This document shows positions 1 to 9,809 of a stretch of DNA of 64,000 nt, piece after piece (the stretch's first letter is position 1; each line of letters starts with the position of its first letter). The stretch lies in assembly GCA_965249725.1 (NCBI GenBank), contig CBDFMQ010000002.1, forward strand, positions 544,001 through 608,000. Direction: 5' to 3'. Position numbers and translations under genes: made by a program. This stretch comes from Longimicrobiales bacterium. Lineage in GTDB: Bacteria; Gemmatimonadota; Gemmatimonadetes; Longimicrobiales; Gaopeijiaceae. The notes below the pieces were generated by a model, which was not told the DNA's origin, ran no database searches, and saw only the letters and a program-made list of their open reading frames with translations.

Positions 1-843
1 CAGGTCATCCAAGTCGGCGAAGTCCCCGAGAGCCGCAGAGGCCTCGAAATCCGTGTCGTCCGCATCCACCCGGATCACACGCCCGCCGAGGTCCGACTCG
101 TCGATTCCGGAGTAGCTCGAGTCCACCAAGCGGATGTCGCCCCGGACGTTGCCGCCGTCGCGCACCGTGATGGACCCGTCCACGACGACGACGTCGTTTT
201 CGATAATGCCGCGTACCGTCAGATCACCGTCCACGATGACGATGGTTCCCTCAATGGTCTCGCCCTCGCCGACCACGACGTCCTCTCCGATGTAGATGGA
301 GGAGGTGAGCACATCGATCGCTTCGAGGGCTTTCCCCAGTTCGCCCAGTATGTCCGTGCGGCTGAGGAGCGCTTTGAGGCTGAGCCCAAGGTCCGCCGAA
401 ATATCGACCGAGATGTCGGCTGCCGGATCCACTGCTGCCTGCGCCCTCAGAGCCTCCTCGAGGGACCGATCGAGCAGTTGGGCCGTCGCCAAGCCATCCC
501 CCGAAAGGGAGGCCGGCGGAGCCCATTCGCGTAGAGCCTCGCCCAGGGGCCCGTCCGAGAGGTTGACGATCTCTCCGAGGAGCTCACGCCAAGCGGTGTC
601 CAGGGCGTCGCCCCGTTCGAAGGTTCCCACGATGCCGTCGTCCATTACCACGACGCCATCGCGCAACGAGACCTCGAACACTCCATCGTCGGCGAACTCG
701 AGCACCAGACCCGCTTCACTCTGTGAAATGGCGAGCTGGTTGGACACGACCTCACGGGCCTGTCCGGTCAACGCGACCGGAACCAGCGCGAGGAAAAGGG
801 CAGACATCGACGCCCGGCGGAAACTAGATCGATACTGTCGCAT
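1..843 (-). CDS. Secreted/membrane protein with bactofilin-like (polymer-forming cytoskeletal) beta-helix repeats; truncated by the window edge
   Basis: ATG at 843 overlaps the anti-sigma 3' end. Frame is open to base 1: MRQYRSSFRRASMSALFLALVPVALTGQ (signal-like) ... IGEDVVVGEGETIEGTIVIVDGDLTVRGIIENDVVVVDGSITVRDGGNVRGDI. Absent from the ORF track because there is no stop in the window. Confidence 0.7.
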   Translation of the reverse strand, partial: MRQYRSSFRRASMSALFLALVPVALTGQAREVVSNQLAISQSEAGLVLEFADDGVFEVSLRDGVVVMDDGIVGTFERGDALDTAWRELLGEIVNLSDGPLGEALREWAPPASLSGDGLATAQLLDRSLEEALRAQAAVDPAADISVDISADLGLSLKALLSRTDILGELGKALEAIDVLTSSIYIGEDVVVGEGETIEGTIVIVDGDLTVRGIIENDVVVVDGSITVRDGGNVRGDIRLVDSSYSGIDESDLGGRVIRVDADDTDFEASAALGDFADLDDL

Positions 844-1819
844 ACTCACCATCCACCTTCTGGGTGGGGATCAGATTTCGGTATAGGACCCATCCGGACG
901 CACCAGTCGCGGCTGCTAGAGACATCGCAGCCAGGGCTGACAGCAAAGGCGCGGCGGCCAAGGCTTCAAGGGCCGAATAGGCGTAGAACATGATTGCACT
1001 CTCGAACAGCATGTCGGCCGCCAGGCCGCCGACGGCCGAAGCCGCACCGTTGACCTGCCACCAGACGAAGGAGGCCAGGTGCCCCGGAGTCACCGCCGGG
1101 TTCGAGAAGACGGTATAGACCAGCAGCACCACCACGGTGGCCGGCGTGACGGCCACACCGGAGATCACCGCCCAGGCCTTCTGGGTGCGTGGGAGCAGGC
1201 GTGAAGCCCAGTGTCCAGCCAAGGCCAACACTCGTGTGCGGCTCGAAACGGCCGCGGGCTCCCGTACGAGGCGTCCGATGCGGACCTGCGCCATGACCCT
1301 CTGCGCAAATCCGGCCGAAGGTGCCAACTCGGGGACGGACTCGATCCGCTCGACCAGTTCCCGCCAGGCACCCGCCTCGGCCCGACACGCACCACATCCG
1401 TCGAGATGCGTCTCTACCCGGGCCATATGAGGCTGGGCGAGGACGCCGTCTATATAGTCTTGCAGGCGCTCGGGACTGAGGTGCTCGGCTACCTTGGCGG
1501 TCCGCCGTCGCAGCCAGCCCCAGGCACGGGCCTTCGGGACTTCCGGCGCAGCCGCCAAGTCCCCAACCGGGCCCCTGACCGGCGCCGCGGTTTCGAGTTC
1601 TGCCAGCACGCGGCCGGCGAATCCCTCGGACGGTGCGAGTTCGGGCAACTCACTGAGCTCCGAATAAAGAAGCTGCCAGGCGTCCAACTCAGACTGGCAG
1701 CTCGCGCAGAACGTAGCATGCTCCTCGACGTGGACCCTCTCCTCCTTTGGGAGAGCGCCGTCGAGAAACGCCTGAATCCGCTCAGCGGTCAGGTGCATGC
1801 TTGCGTTCTTCTTCGCCAC
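824..1819 (-). CDS. Anti-sigma factor with two tandem zinc-binding (zf-HC2/ZAS) domains and C-terminal TM helices
   Basis: Motifs H..LDG..HATFCASC and H..IDG..HLDGCGAC; hydrophobic C-terminus; AGGAG upstream of GTG; directly downstream of the ECF sigma gene. Confidence 0.85.
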   Translation of the reverse strand: MAKKNASMHLTAERIQAFLDGALPKEERVHVEEHATFCASCQSELDAWQLLYSELSELPELAPSEGFAGRVLAELETAAPVRGPVGDLAAAPEVPKARAWGWLRRRTAKVAEHLSPERLQDYIDGVLAQPHMARVETHLDGCGACRAEAGAWRELVERIESVPELAPSAGFAQRVMAQVRIGRLVREPAAVSSRTRVLALAGHWASRLLPRTQKAWAVISGVAVTPATVVVLLVYTVFSNPAVTPGHLASFVWWQVNGAASAVGGLAADMLFESAIMFYAYSALEALAAAPLLSALAAMSLAAATGASGWVLYRNLIPTQKVDGEYATVSI

Positions 1820-1852
1820 GTCATCGACTCCTGTCGTTTTTCCACTCGACCC

Positions 1853-1879
1853 TACGGGGGGGTCCTCTCGAAAGTTTCA
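1853..1879 (-). promoter_or_regulatory. ECF (SigW-like) promoter TGAAAC-N17-CGTA upstream of the anti-sigma gene
   Basis: Minus strand reads TGAAAC tttcgagaggacccccc CGTA; both elements match B. subtilis SigW-type promoters. Confidence 0.6.
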
Positions 1880-1890
1880 TGAAAAACGCC

Positions 1891-2529
1891 TCATGACGCG
1901 AGGTGGGCCAAAAGGGTCTTCAGCTCACCACGGGCGCGGTGTAAGTAGGTCTTCAGCGTGCCCAGCGGGAGGTCCATGATTTCCGCGATTTCCTCGTACG
2001 CATAACCCTCTACGTGCCGGAGCAGGATCGCGGTTCGATATTCCGGCCGAAGCTCCCCGATGGCTTGCTCGATCTGGTGGCCGAGCTCGCGATGTTCGAC
2101 GTACTCGTGCGGGTCTTCGTCGGTCGACTCCACTACGAGGCTGGTCTGCTCCTCCTCCCGCGCGGTGCGGGCGTGCGGAGACCCGTGGATGGAGACGGTG
2201 TCCAGCTTGCGTTTCCTGAGATGATCGATCGTGTGGTTGTTGGCGATCTTGAAGATCCAGCTGCTGAACTTGTATCGCGGGTCGTACGAAGAGATGGCAT
2301 TGAACGCCCGGATGAACGCCTCCTGAGCCAGGTCCTCGGCCAAGGATCGGTCACGCACCATCCGGAAGATCAGCGCGAAGACCGGCCGCTCGTATCGCTT
2401 GAGCAGCTCGCCATAGGCGTCCTCACGCCCCTCGGCCGCGAGGGCCGCCAGATCCTTGTCGGTCGGGGGATCGGTTTGGGCGTCGGTTTGGGCGTCTGTT
2501 TGGACGTCGGTGTCGGCCGGTAGATCCAA
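1891..2529 (-). CDS. ECF RNA polymerase sigma factor (SigW/RpoE-like)
   Basis: Region 2 AEDLAQEAFIRAF..FSSWIFKIANN; region 4 YEEIAEIMDLPLGTLKTYLHRAR. TTG start is uncertain. Confidence 0.93.
   Translation of the reverse strand: MDLPADTDVQTDAQTDAQTDPPTDKDLAALAAEGREDAYGELLKRYERPVFALIFRMVRDRSLAEDLAQEAFIRAFNAISSYDPRYKFSSWIFKIANNHTIDHLRKRKLDTVSIHGSPHARTAREEEQTSLVVESTDEDPHEYVEHRELGHQIEQAIGELRPEYRTAILLRHVEGYAYEEIAEIMDLPLGTLKTYLHRARGELKTLLAHLAS
2471..2506. repeat. 12-nt tandem repeat x3 in the sigma N-terminus (TDAQ repeats)
   Basis: tcggtttgggcg tcggtttgggcg tctgtttggacg. Confidence 0.85.
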
Positions 2530-2595
2530 GGAGTGAGGCTCCGCATGGAGTGGGTCCGGCGGGACGGCAGCTCGCCGTGGAGTCCGCAGCCATGT

Positions 2596-2622
2596 TACGG
2601 TTGGGAAACTTCAGATCTTTCC
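2596..2622 (-). promoter_or_regulatory. Candidate autoregulatory ECF promoter GGAAAG-N17-CGTA upstream of the sigma gene
   Basis: Same -10 and spacing as the two TGAAAC-N17-CGTA sites, but the -35 is degenerate. Confidence 0.35.
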
Positions 2623-2703
2623 CGGGTACGCGGCTGACCACTCACCCCGACCGGTCTCTTCTGTTCAGCTGAATCAAGAAAACCTAATCAAAACGCCGAG
2701 TAC

Positions 2704-3432
2704 ATGGCGACAATCCCCGAAGCCAAGCCGTCTCGCGGGACGGATCGAGAAACCCAGGTACGGACGCTCTTTTCGGAGATCGCACCGCGCTACGATCTGT
2801 TGAACCATGTGCTCAGCCTCAACATCGATCGACGGTGGAGGAGGAAGGCTGTCGGGCTCCTGGGATGGAGGCGCAGGCCTGAGGGTCGCTTCCTCGATGC
2901 CTGTGCGGGGACCTTCGATCTGAGCCTCGAGTTGGCTCGTCAGTCGGGTTTCGGAGGCGCGGTCATAGCGACGGATTTCGCGCTGCCCATGCTGGTCGAG
3001 GGTCGTGACAAGCTCAGCGACTCGGTGACGCCGGTGTGCGGTGATTCCCTCCGGCTCCCGTTTCCGGACGACTCTTTCGATGGCGCTACGGTGGGGTTCG
3101 GCGTGCGCAATCTGTCGGACTTGCGGGCCGGGTTCAGGGACCTGGCCCGCGTTCTGCGTCCCGGGGCCCGCCTGGTCATCCTCGACTTCACCGACCCACC
3201 GAACCCGCTACTGCGTCGTCTCTACCACTTCTACTTCCACAGGGTGCTCCCGCTGGTGGGACGGGTGGTTTCGGGGCACCCCTGGGCCTACACCTACCTC
3301 CCCGAGTCCGTGAAGGAGTTCCCGGGACCGGAGGCCTTAGCGGAACTGCTCCGTGAGTCCGGTTTCAGGGACGTGGAGTGGACCTTCGTGACCGGCGGGA
3401 TCGCGGCGATTCACGTAGGCGTTAGCGCCTGA
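2704..3432 (+). CDS. ubiE: Demethylmenaquinone/ubiquinone methyltransferase (UbiE/MenG)
   Basis: FSEIAPRYDLLNHVLS, LDACAGTFD, FGVRN, YTYLPESV. Confidence 0.92.
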   Translation: MATIPEAKPSRGTDRETQVRTLFSEIAPRYDLLNHVLSLNIDRRWRRKAVGLLGWRRRPEGRFLDACAGTFDLSLELARQSGFGGAVIATDFALPMLVEGRDKLSDSVTPVCGDSLRLPFPDDSFDGATVGFGVRNLSDLRAGFRDLARVLRPGARLVILDFTDPPNPLLRRLYHFYFHRVLPLVGRVVSGHPWAYTYLPESVKEFPGPEALAELLRESGFRDVEWTFVTGGIAAIHVGVSA

Positions 3433-3457
3433 TAGGCGGCCGGAGGGCGGACTTCGG

Positions 3458-4969
3458 TCAGCGCGTGTCCGAACCACCGGGGAACGTCCCGTCCGCCTCC
3501 AACGTGCGTACGGTACCCAGCTCTTCGAGCCCCGAGTCGAACGCTTCCGGGTCACCCACGACCAAGATGACCATGTCGTCGATGGCCTCGGGCGACAGGT
3601 GCGTTTTGAACACGGTCTCTACGCCTAACGCTGTCACCCTCTGGATCCCGTCGACATAGAGCGAGAGCCAGTCCAGAGGCAGGTCTTGTGTGAGGTAGAG
3701 CATCTGGCGCGACACGATCTGACCCGGACGCTCAAAGCTGAACACGAACCCGTTCACGATGCGATCGATGGCGTCGGAGACTTCCGTCTCACGGGGAGGA
3801 TTGTTGGACATGTCGCCCAGCACGTCGAGGATGGAGCGGATGGCCGCGACCGTCGACTCGCTCTTGGTCTGGGTGATGGCACCCACGATCCCGTTCGAGC
3901 GCCTGGGGGCGGTCCAGACCGAGGCCGCGGAATACGCTAGGCCCTGCTCGGTGCGCACCCGTGTCACCAGCCGGCTGCCGAGACCCGCTCCGCCGAGGAT
4001 CGTGTTGCCGATTCTCGAAGAGAAATAGTCCGCTTCGTCCCCGAGTCGAACGGCGCTTGGCCGTCCGATCACGATCGTGCTCTGATCCAGAGGACGCGGG
4101 ACGAGGTAGACCCCGGGGGCGACCCGCTCGTCGGCGGCAGGAGGCTCCTGCAGGGGAGCAGGGCAGGGCCGCCATCCCGCGAGCAGTGCCTCGAGACGTG
4201 GGCGCGCGTCCTCCCAGGTGATGTCGCCGGCGACACCCAACGTGAGGTTCCCGACGCAGTACACCATGCCATGGACGGACCGGAGCACCTCTTCGGAGAG
4301 GTCCTCGGGCTCCAGATCTTCCGGACCCAGCTCCCATCCGATGGGGTGATCTCCGAAAAGCAAGCGGTTGAACTTCGTGATCGCGAGTCGACCGGGTGTA
4401 TCATCCTTACGGCGAAGGTCTTCGAGCTCTTGGCCCCTCCAGATTTCCACTCGGTCGGGGTCGAACCTCGGCTTCTTCAAGAGATCTCCCCAAGTGCCCA
4501 GGACGTCGTCGAGGTGACGAGTCAGGACATTCAGGGTGCTGAATGCCGTGTTGCCTCCGCCTCCAAAGGACGTCTGGGTCGCATAGAACTCGAGGATCTT
4601 GTCCACGGAATCGGGTGAAAGATCGGCGGTGCCCCCGGACCGGAGGAGGATCGGCACGGCCGTGGTCGCCCCGAGCCGATCGCGGGCGAAGTGGCGCGGC
4701 CCACCCTTGAAACGCGCGTATACAGACACGAGCGGCAACGTGTGGTCCTCGAGCACGAACACGTCGACGCCGGGCTCCAACCGGTAGCGATCCGGCGCCG
4801 GCGGCTTGAACTCCAGTTCCGGGAATACCAGCGCCTCCAACGCCGGCCGTTCCGGGTCGAGAGTTCTCAGCTCCGGTCCTGGACCGACTGCGCAGGCGAG
4901 GGTCCAACCGGCGACCGCGAGTCCCGACACGACCCACGCACCGCGGCCCCACGCACCGCGCCGGCTCAC
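3458..4969 (-). CDS. M16 family peptidase, non-catalytic subunit, probable lipoprotein
   Basis: Lipobox-like TLAC; EDHTLPLV; SRL..VRTEQGLAYS; no HxxEH motif; paired with the adjacent catalytic subunit. Confidence 0.85.
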   Translation of the reverse strand: MSRRGAWGRGAWVVSGLAVAGWTLACAVGPGPELRTLDPERPALEALVFPELEFKPPAPDRYRLEPGVDVFVLEDHTLPLVSVYARFKGGPRHFARDRLGATTAVPILLRSGGTADLSPDSVDKILEFYATQTSFGGGGNTAFSTLNVLTRHLDDVLGTWGDLLKKPRFDPDRVEIWRGQELEDLRRKDDTPGRLAITKFNRLLFGDHPIGWELGPEDLEPEDLSEEVLRSVHGMVYCVGNLTLGVAGDITWEDARPRLEALLAGWRPCPAPLQEPPAADERVAPGVYLVPRPLDQSTIVIGRPSAVRLGDEADYFSSRIGNTILGGAGLGSRLVTRVRTEQGLAYSAASVWTAPRRSNGIVGAITQTKSESTVAAIRSILDVLGDMSNNPPRETEVSDAIDRIVNGFVFSFERPGQIVSRQMLYLTQDLPLDWLSLYVDGIQRVTALGVETVFKTHLSPEAIDDMVILVVGDPEAFDSGLEELGTVRTLEADGTFPGGSDTR

Positions 4970-6483
4970 CTCGTTCTCCCCGAATCCGGCCGCGACAGGA
5001 AGGCCACGGTGCGGTTGTCGGACGAAAAATAGCGCTCTAAGACACGGCTGACGTCTTCGGGCCGAACGGCCGAAAGCCGCTCTCCTAATCGGAAGCCTGT
5101 CCGCCAGTCTCCGTAGATCGATTCGGATCCGGCAAGCTGGAACGCCAGTCCCAGGTGCGAAGTAAGCGTGCGGACTTGACCCGCCTCGAGCTGGTTTCGA
5201 ATCCGGCGGAGCGCTGCGTCCGAAGGTGGTGTCTGCCGTAGTGAGCGTAACTCGTCATAGACGGCCACCTCGATCTCGGCGGTCGAATGTGGGAAGAGGG
5301 CGGTCGCTTCCACGGTGAACAGCCGGGGGAATCGGACTCCGGGTCCGATGGTCGAGCTGATCACCGTGGCCAGCCGGTCCACCACCACCAACCGTTGGTG
5401 AAGGCGGGACGTCCCACCACCAGTGAGCAATGCCGAGAGCATGGCAAGAGCCGCCGCATCATCGTGCAGCTGCTCCGGTACATGCCATCCGATGCGTATT
5501 CGAGGCTCGGCATCGAAGCTGACCTCGATCCTGCGTTCCGTATCCTGCACGGGCTCGCGCGCCGTGACGGGCGGAGGCGGATCTCCGACGGGCAGATCCC
5601 CGAAGTACCGTTCGGTCAACTCGATCATCAGCCCCACATCCACATCACCGACGATGGCGATGACGGCGTTGTTCGGGCCGTAATAGTGCTCGTGATACTC
5701 TCGGACACGCCGTCGGTCGAGCCGCAGGATATCCGGCATCGAGCCGACCACGGGCCGTCCGTAGGGGTGCACCGTGTAGGCTTCGGCCAGGTGTGCCTCG
5801 TACAGCAAGCCGCTCGGCTGTGTGTCCACCCGTAGCCGCCGCTCTTCGGCCACCACGTTCCGTTCGGTGTAGAATTCGCGGAAGACCGGGTTCTTCATGC
5901 GTGCCGACTCGAGCAAGAACCACAGCTCGACCCGGTTCGCCGGCAGCTCGACGTAGTAGGTCGTCGACTCGTTGTCCGTGGTCGCATTCAGCCCTCGGGC
6001 GCCATTTCGCGCGAGGATCCGATCGATCTCGTTCGAGACCACATAGGCCGCCGCTTCGTCTTCTAGGAGGTCGATCTCGTCGCGGAGCTGCCCCATCGTG
6101 TCCTCCGGTGCCCCCGCCCCCTCCAGGGTCCGCAGCGAGTCTTGGATGGCATCCATCCGCGCGAACAGCGGCCGCTCCGCGTCGACGTCGTGGGTGCCGA
6201 ACGTCTCAGTGCCCTTGAAGAGAAGGTGCTCGAGGAGGTGTGCGATACCGGTTTCGCCGGGGGCTTCGTTCACCCCACCCAGACCGTATTGCACCACGAG
6301 TGAGGCGGTGGGGGCCCGGTATCGTGGCAGGACAAGCAGCCTGAGTCCGTTTGCCAGCTCGTGCTCGACGACCGGAAGATCGACCCCGGTAGCCAGCTGG
6401 GCGTCGGCATCGAGATGGCCGATCGCGACTGCCACGAGAACAGCGGCGAGGGCGGCGGACCCTCTGGTCGACACGACCCTCAT
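4966..6483 (-). CDS. M16 family zinc peptidase, catalytic subunit
   Basis: GIAHLLEHLLFKG (HxxEH), NATT, ERNVVAEERR, HPYGRPVVG. Start moved to ATG 6483, which overlaps the mutM stop (TGATG). Confidence 0.92.
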   Translation of the reverse strand: MRVVSTRGSAALAAVLVAVAIGHLDADAQLATGVDLPVVEHELANGLRLLVLPRYRAPTASLVVQYGLGGVNEAPGETGIAHLLEHLLFKGTETFGTHDVDAERPLFARMDAIQDSLRTLEGAGAPEDTMGQLRDEIDLLEDEAAAYVVSNEIDRILARNGARGLNATTDNESTTYYVELPANRVELWFLLESARMKNPVFREFYTERNVVAEERRLRVDTQPSGLLYEAHLAEAYTVHPYGRPVVGSMPDILRLDRRRVREYHEHYYGPNNAVIAIVGDVDVGLMIELTERYFGDLPVGDPPPPVTAREPVQDTERRIEVSFDAEPRIRIGWHVPEQLHDDAAALAMLSALLTGGGTSRLHQRLVVVDRLATVISSTIGPGVRFPRLFTVEATALFPHSTAEIEVAVYDELRSLRQTPPSDAALRRIRNQLEAGQVRTLTSHLGLAFQLAGSESIYGDWRTGFRLGERLSAVRPEDVSRVLERYFSSDNRTVAFLSRPDSGRTR

Positions 6484-7307
6484 CAGCTGCGCGTCTCCGG
6501 CTGGCAACGCGGGCAGTGGAAGGCGGAGCGATTACCGAAGACCAATCGACGAATCTCTGTTGAACAGCTGAGGCACGGCTCGCCCGCCCGTCCATACGCG
6601 CGCAGTGTCACCGCGTTGGCTCCGGGCGCACCCGAGGCGTCTCTGTAATCTCTCAGGGTCGTACCCCGATTCCGGATGGCTTGGCGAAGCACTCTACGGA
6701 TTGCCGCATGGAGGGCTTGGGCCTCCTCTTCCGTTACAGACTCGGCGGGCCGGCGCGGATGCACACCGGCCAGAAACAAGGCCTCATTTGCGTAGATGTT
6801 GCCTACACCCGCCACTCTGCGCTGGTCCAACAACCAAGAGCGGACGGGTGAGGACGACCGCGAGAGATCGGTGTGGAGTCGATCAGCCGTATAGCCGGCG
6901 GACAGAGGCTCGGGCCCCAGTGCGTCGGAACGCTGCGCCCAGCCGTCGACGGACAGCGCCTCCAACGCCCCGAATCGGCGCACGTCGTCGAAGACCAAGG
7001 CGGGTCCTTGATCCAAGGCGAAGCGGACTGCCGGATGGGTCGACCGAGCGTCGGGGCCCGCCAGGAGAAGGCGACCCGTCATGCCGAGGTTCACGATGAG
7101 CACACGATCGCCCGCGACGCCTAAGACGATGTTCTTGCCTCGGCGTGCGACGGACTCGACCGACCGACCTCTCAGCGTCGCGGAGAAGCTCCGTGGGGGT
7201 TGGCGCAGGACATCGGGTCGCAGGACTCGGACGCGCTGAATCGAGCGACCGACCAACGTCGGCCGGAGTCCACGGACGATGGTCTCGACCTCGGGAAGCT
7301 CCGGCAT
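6483..7307 (-). CDS. mutM: Formamidopyrimidine-DNA glycosylase
   Basis: N-terminal MPELPEVE, RRGK, LGMTG, GVGNIYANE, C-terminal zinc finger CLSC..CPRCQ. Confidence 0.97.
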   Translation of the reverse strand: MPELPEVETIVRGLRPTLVGRSIQRVRVLRPDVLRQPPRSFSATLRGRSVESVARRGKNIVLGVAGDRVLIVNLGMTGRLLLAGPDARSTHPAVRFALDQGPALVFDDVRRFGALEALSVDGWAQRSDALGPEPLSAGYTADRLHTDLSRSSSPVRSWLLDQRRVAGVGNIYANEALFLAGVHPRRPAESVTEEEAQALHAAIRRVLRQAIRNRGTTLRDYRDASGAPGANAVTLRAYGRAGEPCLSCSTEIRRLVFGNRSAFHCPRCQPETRS

Positions 7308-7340
7308 CGTAGATGTCCTTTTAGGGCGGGGAGCCGGAAA

Positions 7341-8633
7341 CTAGGGTCGTTCCCGCTCGGATCGCGCGAACTCCCGCCACCCGATATCGCTACGGAATTG
7401 CTTACCCTCGAAGTCGATGGCCGCGGCCGCCGCTCGGCTCTTGGCTGCCGCCTGGCTCAGGGTCGCTCCGAGACCGGTGGCGGCGATCACTCGTCCACCG
7501 GAGGTCTCGAGACCGTCCGGACCCATACGGGTGCCTGCGTGGAAGAGCAGCACGTCGGGGTCCGACGCCAGGCTGTCCGGGATATCGATGGGTCGGCCCT
7601 TCTCGTAGGGGCCCGGATACCCCTCCGCGGCGACCACGGTCGTGAGGGCCGCCCGATCACTCGACTCCAGGGTGGCACCACCCAGCCCCCCGCCCCTTGC
7701 GATCTCCAGCATGGGGTCCAACAGGGAAGACTCCAGCAAGGGCAGGACCACCTGGGTCTCGGGGTCACCGAAGCGGCAGTTGAACTCGACGACGCGAGGC
7801 CCTTGCTCAGTGAGCATGAGGCCGGCATAGAGCAGTCCCCGGAACTCGGAGTCGTCCTCAGCCATGGCCGCGAGGGTAGGGCGGATGACGCGATCGAGGG
7901 CCTCGGACAAGAGTTCAGGCGTCGACAGAGCCACCGGAGCATACGCTCCCATGCCTCCCGTGTTTGGTCCCGTATCCCCTTCGCCGACCCGCTTGTGGTC
8001 CTGCGATGGGAGCATCAAGAGGGCGTCCTGTCCGTCCGCCAGGGCGAAGACCGAGAGCTCTTCGCCGTACATGAACTCCTCGATCACGACCTCTCGCCCG
8101 GCCTCGCCGAAGACGCGGTCCGTCATCATGCGATCAAGGGTGTCGAGAGCGTCTTCAACGGTTTCGCAGACCACCGCACCCTTACCGGCGGCCAGTCCCG
8201 AAGCCTTCACGACCACGGGTGCGCCGCCGTCCTTCACGTAGTTTGCGGCCTCCTCCGGGTCGCTGAAGGCGGCAAATCCCGCCGTGGGCACACCGGCCCT
8301 CTGCATGAGTTCCTTGGCGTAGACCTTGCTCGACTCGATACGAGCCGCGGCCTTGGTGGGACCGAACACGGGCACTCCGTTTCGGGCCAGGCGGTCGGCG
8401 AGCCCCGCCGCCAAGGGCGCCTCGGGTCCGACGACCGTGAGGTCGATCTCTTGAGCCATGGCCCAGCCCGCCAGGGCCTCGACGTCGCCCGGGGCGATTT
8501 CGAGGGTCTCCACCGCACCGACCATGCCCCCGTTGGGCTGGGTCACGAAGATGGTGGCGTCCGGTGCGTCCCTCTGGAGCTTCCAGGCCAGGGTGTGTTC
8601 CCGACCTCCATTTCCAACGATGAGGATGCGCAT
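7341..8633 (-). CDS. purD: Phosphoribosylamine-glycine ligase
   Basis: GNGGREH, VVGPEAPL, GLAAGKG, GDTGPNTGGMGAY, EFNCRFGDPETQ. Confidence 0.97.
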   Translation of the reverse strand: MRILIVGNGGREHTLAWKLQRDAPDATIFVTQPNGGMVGAVETLEIAPGDVEALAGWAMAQEIDLTVVGPEAPLAAGLADRLARNGVPVFGPTKAAARIESSKVYAKELMQRAGVPTAGFAAFSDPEEAANYVKDGGAPVVVKASGLAAGKGAVVCETVEDALDTLDRMMTDRVFGEAGREVVIEEFMYGEELSVFALADGQDALLMLPSQDHKRVGEGDTGPNTGGMGAYAPVALSTPELLSEALDRVIRPTLAAMAEDDSEFRGLLYAGLMLTEQGPRVVEFNCRFGDPETQVVLPLLESSLLDPMLEIARGGGLGGATLESSDRAALTTVVAAEGYPGPYEKGRPIDIPDSLASDPDVLLFHAGTRMGPDGLETSGGRVIAATGLGATLSQAAAKSRAAAAAIDFEGKQFRSDIGWREFARSERERP

Positions 8634-8650
8634 GGCATCAGTCTAGCGCC

Positions 8651-8692
8651 AAAAAAAGAACGGGCAACCGGTCGCCCGATTGCCCGATTTCT
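8651..8692 (-). terminator. Rho-independent terminator after the M48 peptidase gene
   Basis: Minus strand: cgggcaatcg ggcgac cggttgcccg followed by ttcttttttt. Confidence 0.7.
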
Positions 8693-8727
8693 CAGGTCCT
8701 CGTAGGGACCCGAGACGTCGCCGGTCG

Positions 8728-9747
8728 TTAGCCTTTAGCTCCTCCCATGATGTCGTCCGCCATACGCTTTGCGGCTCCGGTCACCTGCCCGAAGAGATCC
8801 TTGGCGCCCTGCGCGTAGGCCTGCGCGGCCTCGCTCAAGTCCTGCTTGTAAGCCGGGTCGGGGTCGCCACGATGCTGGTACTCACCGCGGATGATGCGGT
8901 CGTACTCTCCCTCTTCGATCCACGAGCGGATTTCGGCGACGCGCAGCACATAGAAGGGATGGCTCTGTCCCATCAGGTTGAGAACCTTGAAAACCTGGTC
9001 GGCCATATCGCCCGACTCCCGGTACTCCTCGGCCTGGATGATGAACTCGTCCAGGTTCATCTCATCGTCGTCTCCGCCACCCGCCATCTTGAGCATGGTG
9101 TTCATGACCCCCTGCGGGTTCTGCACGGAGAGCAGACCCGCACGGTCACTGGAGAGCTCACTCTTCCGTGACCACTCCAGGAGCGCCACGAGTACAGCCC
9201 GGGCCGCCAGGCCCACGATCGGAAAGCCCATCCCGGCCAGCTGAATGAGGATCTGCGTCATCGTCCGGTAGAGGACGTGATCACTCATGATGTGGCCCAA
9301 CTCGTGACCCATCACGTACGACAATTGCTCGTCGTCCAGAAGCTTGACCGTGCCCGAGTTCAGGATGATGAACGGCTCGTCCATCCCGTACGCACCGGCG
9401 TTCACAATGGGCGTTTGGGAGACGAAGAGCGGATAGTCCTCGGGCGCATCCAGGGTCTGGAGAACGTCCTCGTACAGGCGCTTGACCCTGGGAAACTGAC
9501 GGTCCGAGACCCGGACCGAGTTCGCCAGGAACGCCAAGCGAATCGGCTTCTCGCCGAAGAACCCGAAGAGCTTCCGCAGCACGTCGTCGAAGACGGGGAT
9601 CTTCCGCAGGGCCGCCAGGGCCGCGCGGTCCGCAGGGTGCTCCCAGGCGCGGGGAGCGATGTCGGTCAGGATGCGACGCGCACGTGCATTCTCTCCGTCT
9701 CCGCCGTTCTCGCCGTTGCCGTTCTCTTGGTCGTTTTCACCAGCCAT
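8728..9747 (-). CDS. M48 (HtpX/Ste24-like) zinc metallopeptidase
   Basis: HELGH, WSRKSELSSDRAG, SHP. Confidence 0.9.
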   Translation of the reverse strand: MAGENDQENGNGENGGDGENARARRILTDIAPRAWEHPADRAALAALRKIPVFDDVLRKLFGFFGEKPIRLAFLANSVRVSDRQFPRVKRLYEDVLQTLDAPEDYPLFVSQTPIVNAGAYGMDEPFIILNSGTVKLLDDEQLSYVMGHELGHIMSDHVLYRTMTQILIQLAGMGFPIVGLAARAVLVALLEWSRKSELSSDRAGLLSVQNPQGVMNTMLKMAGGGDDDEMNLDEFIIQAEEYRESGDMADQVFKVLNLMGQSHPFYVLRVAEIRSWIEEGEYDRIIRGEYQHRGDPDPAYKQDLSEAAQAYAQGAKDLFGQVTGAAKRMADDIMGGAKG

Positions 9748-9809
9748 GGATCTCTATCTCCTTGTGTCCTCGCCGCTACGGCCGGAGGCCGCCGCGTTCT
9801 TATCGGCTG

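Noticed and set aside
7200..8705. 501-aa plus-strand ORF
   Set aside because: Antisense shadow of purD; such long stop-free frames are typical of high-GC DNA; no motifs.
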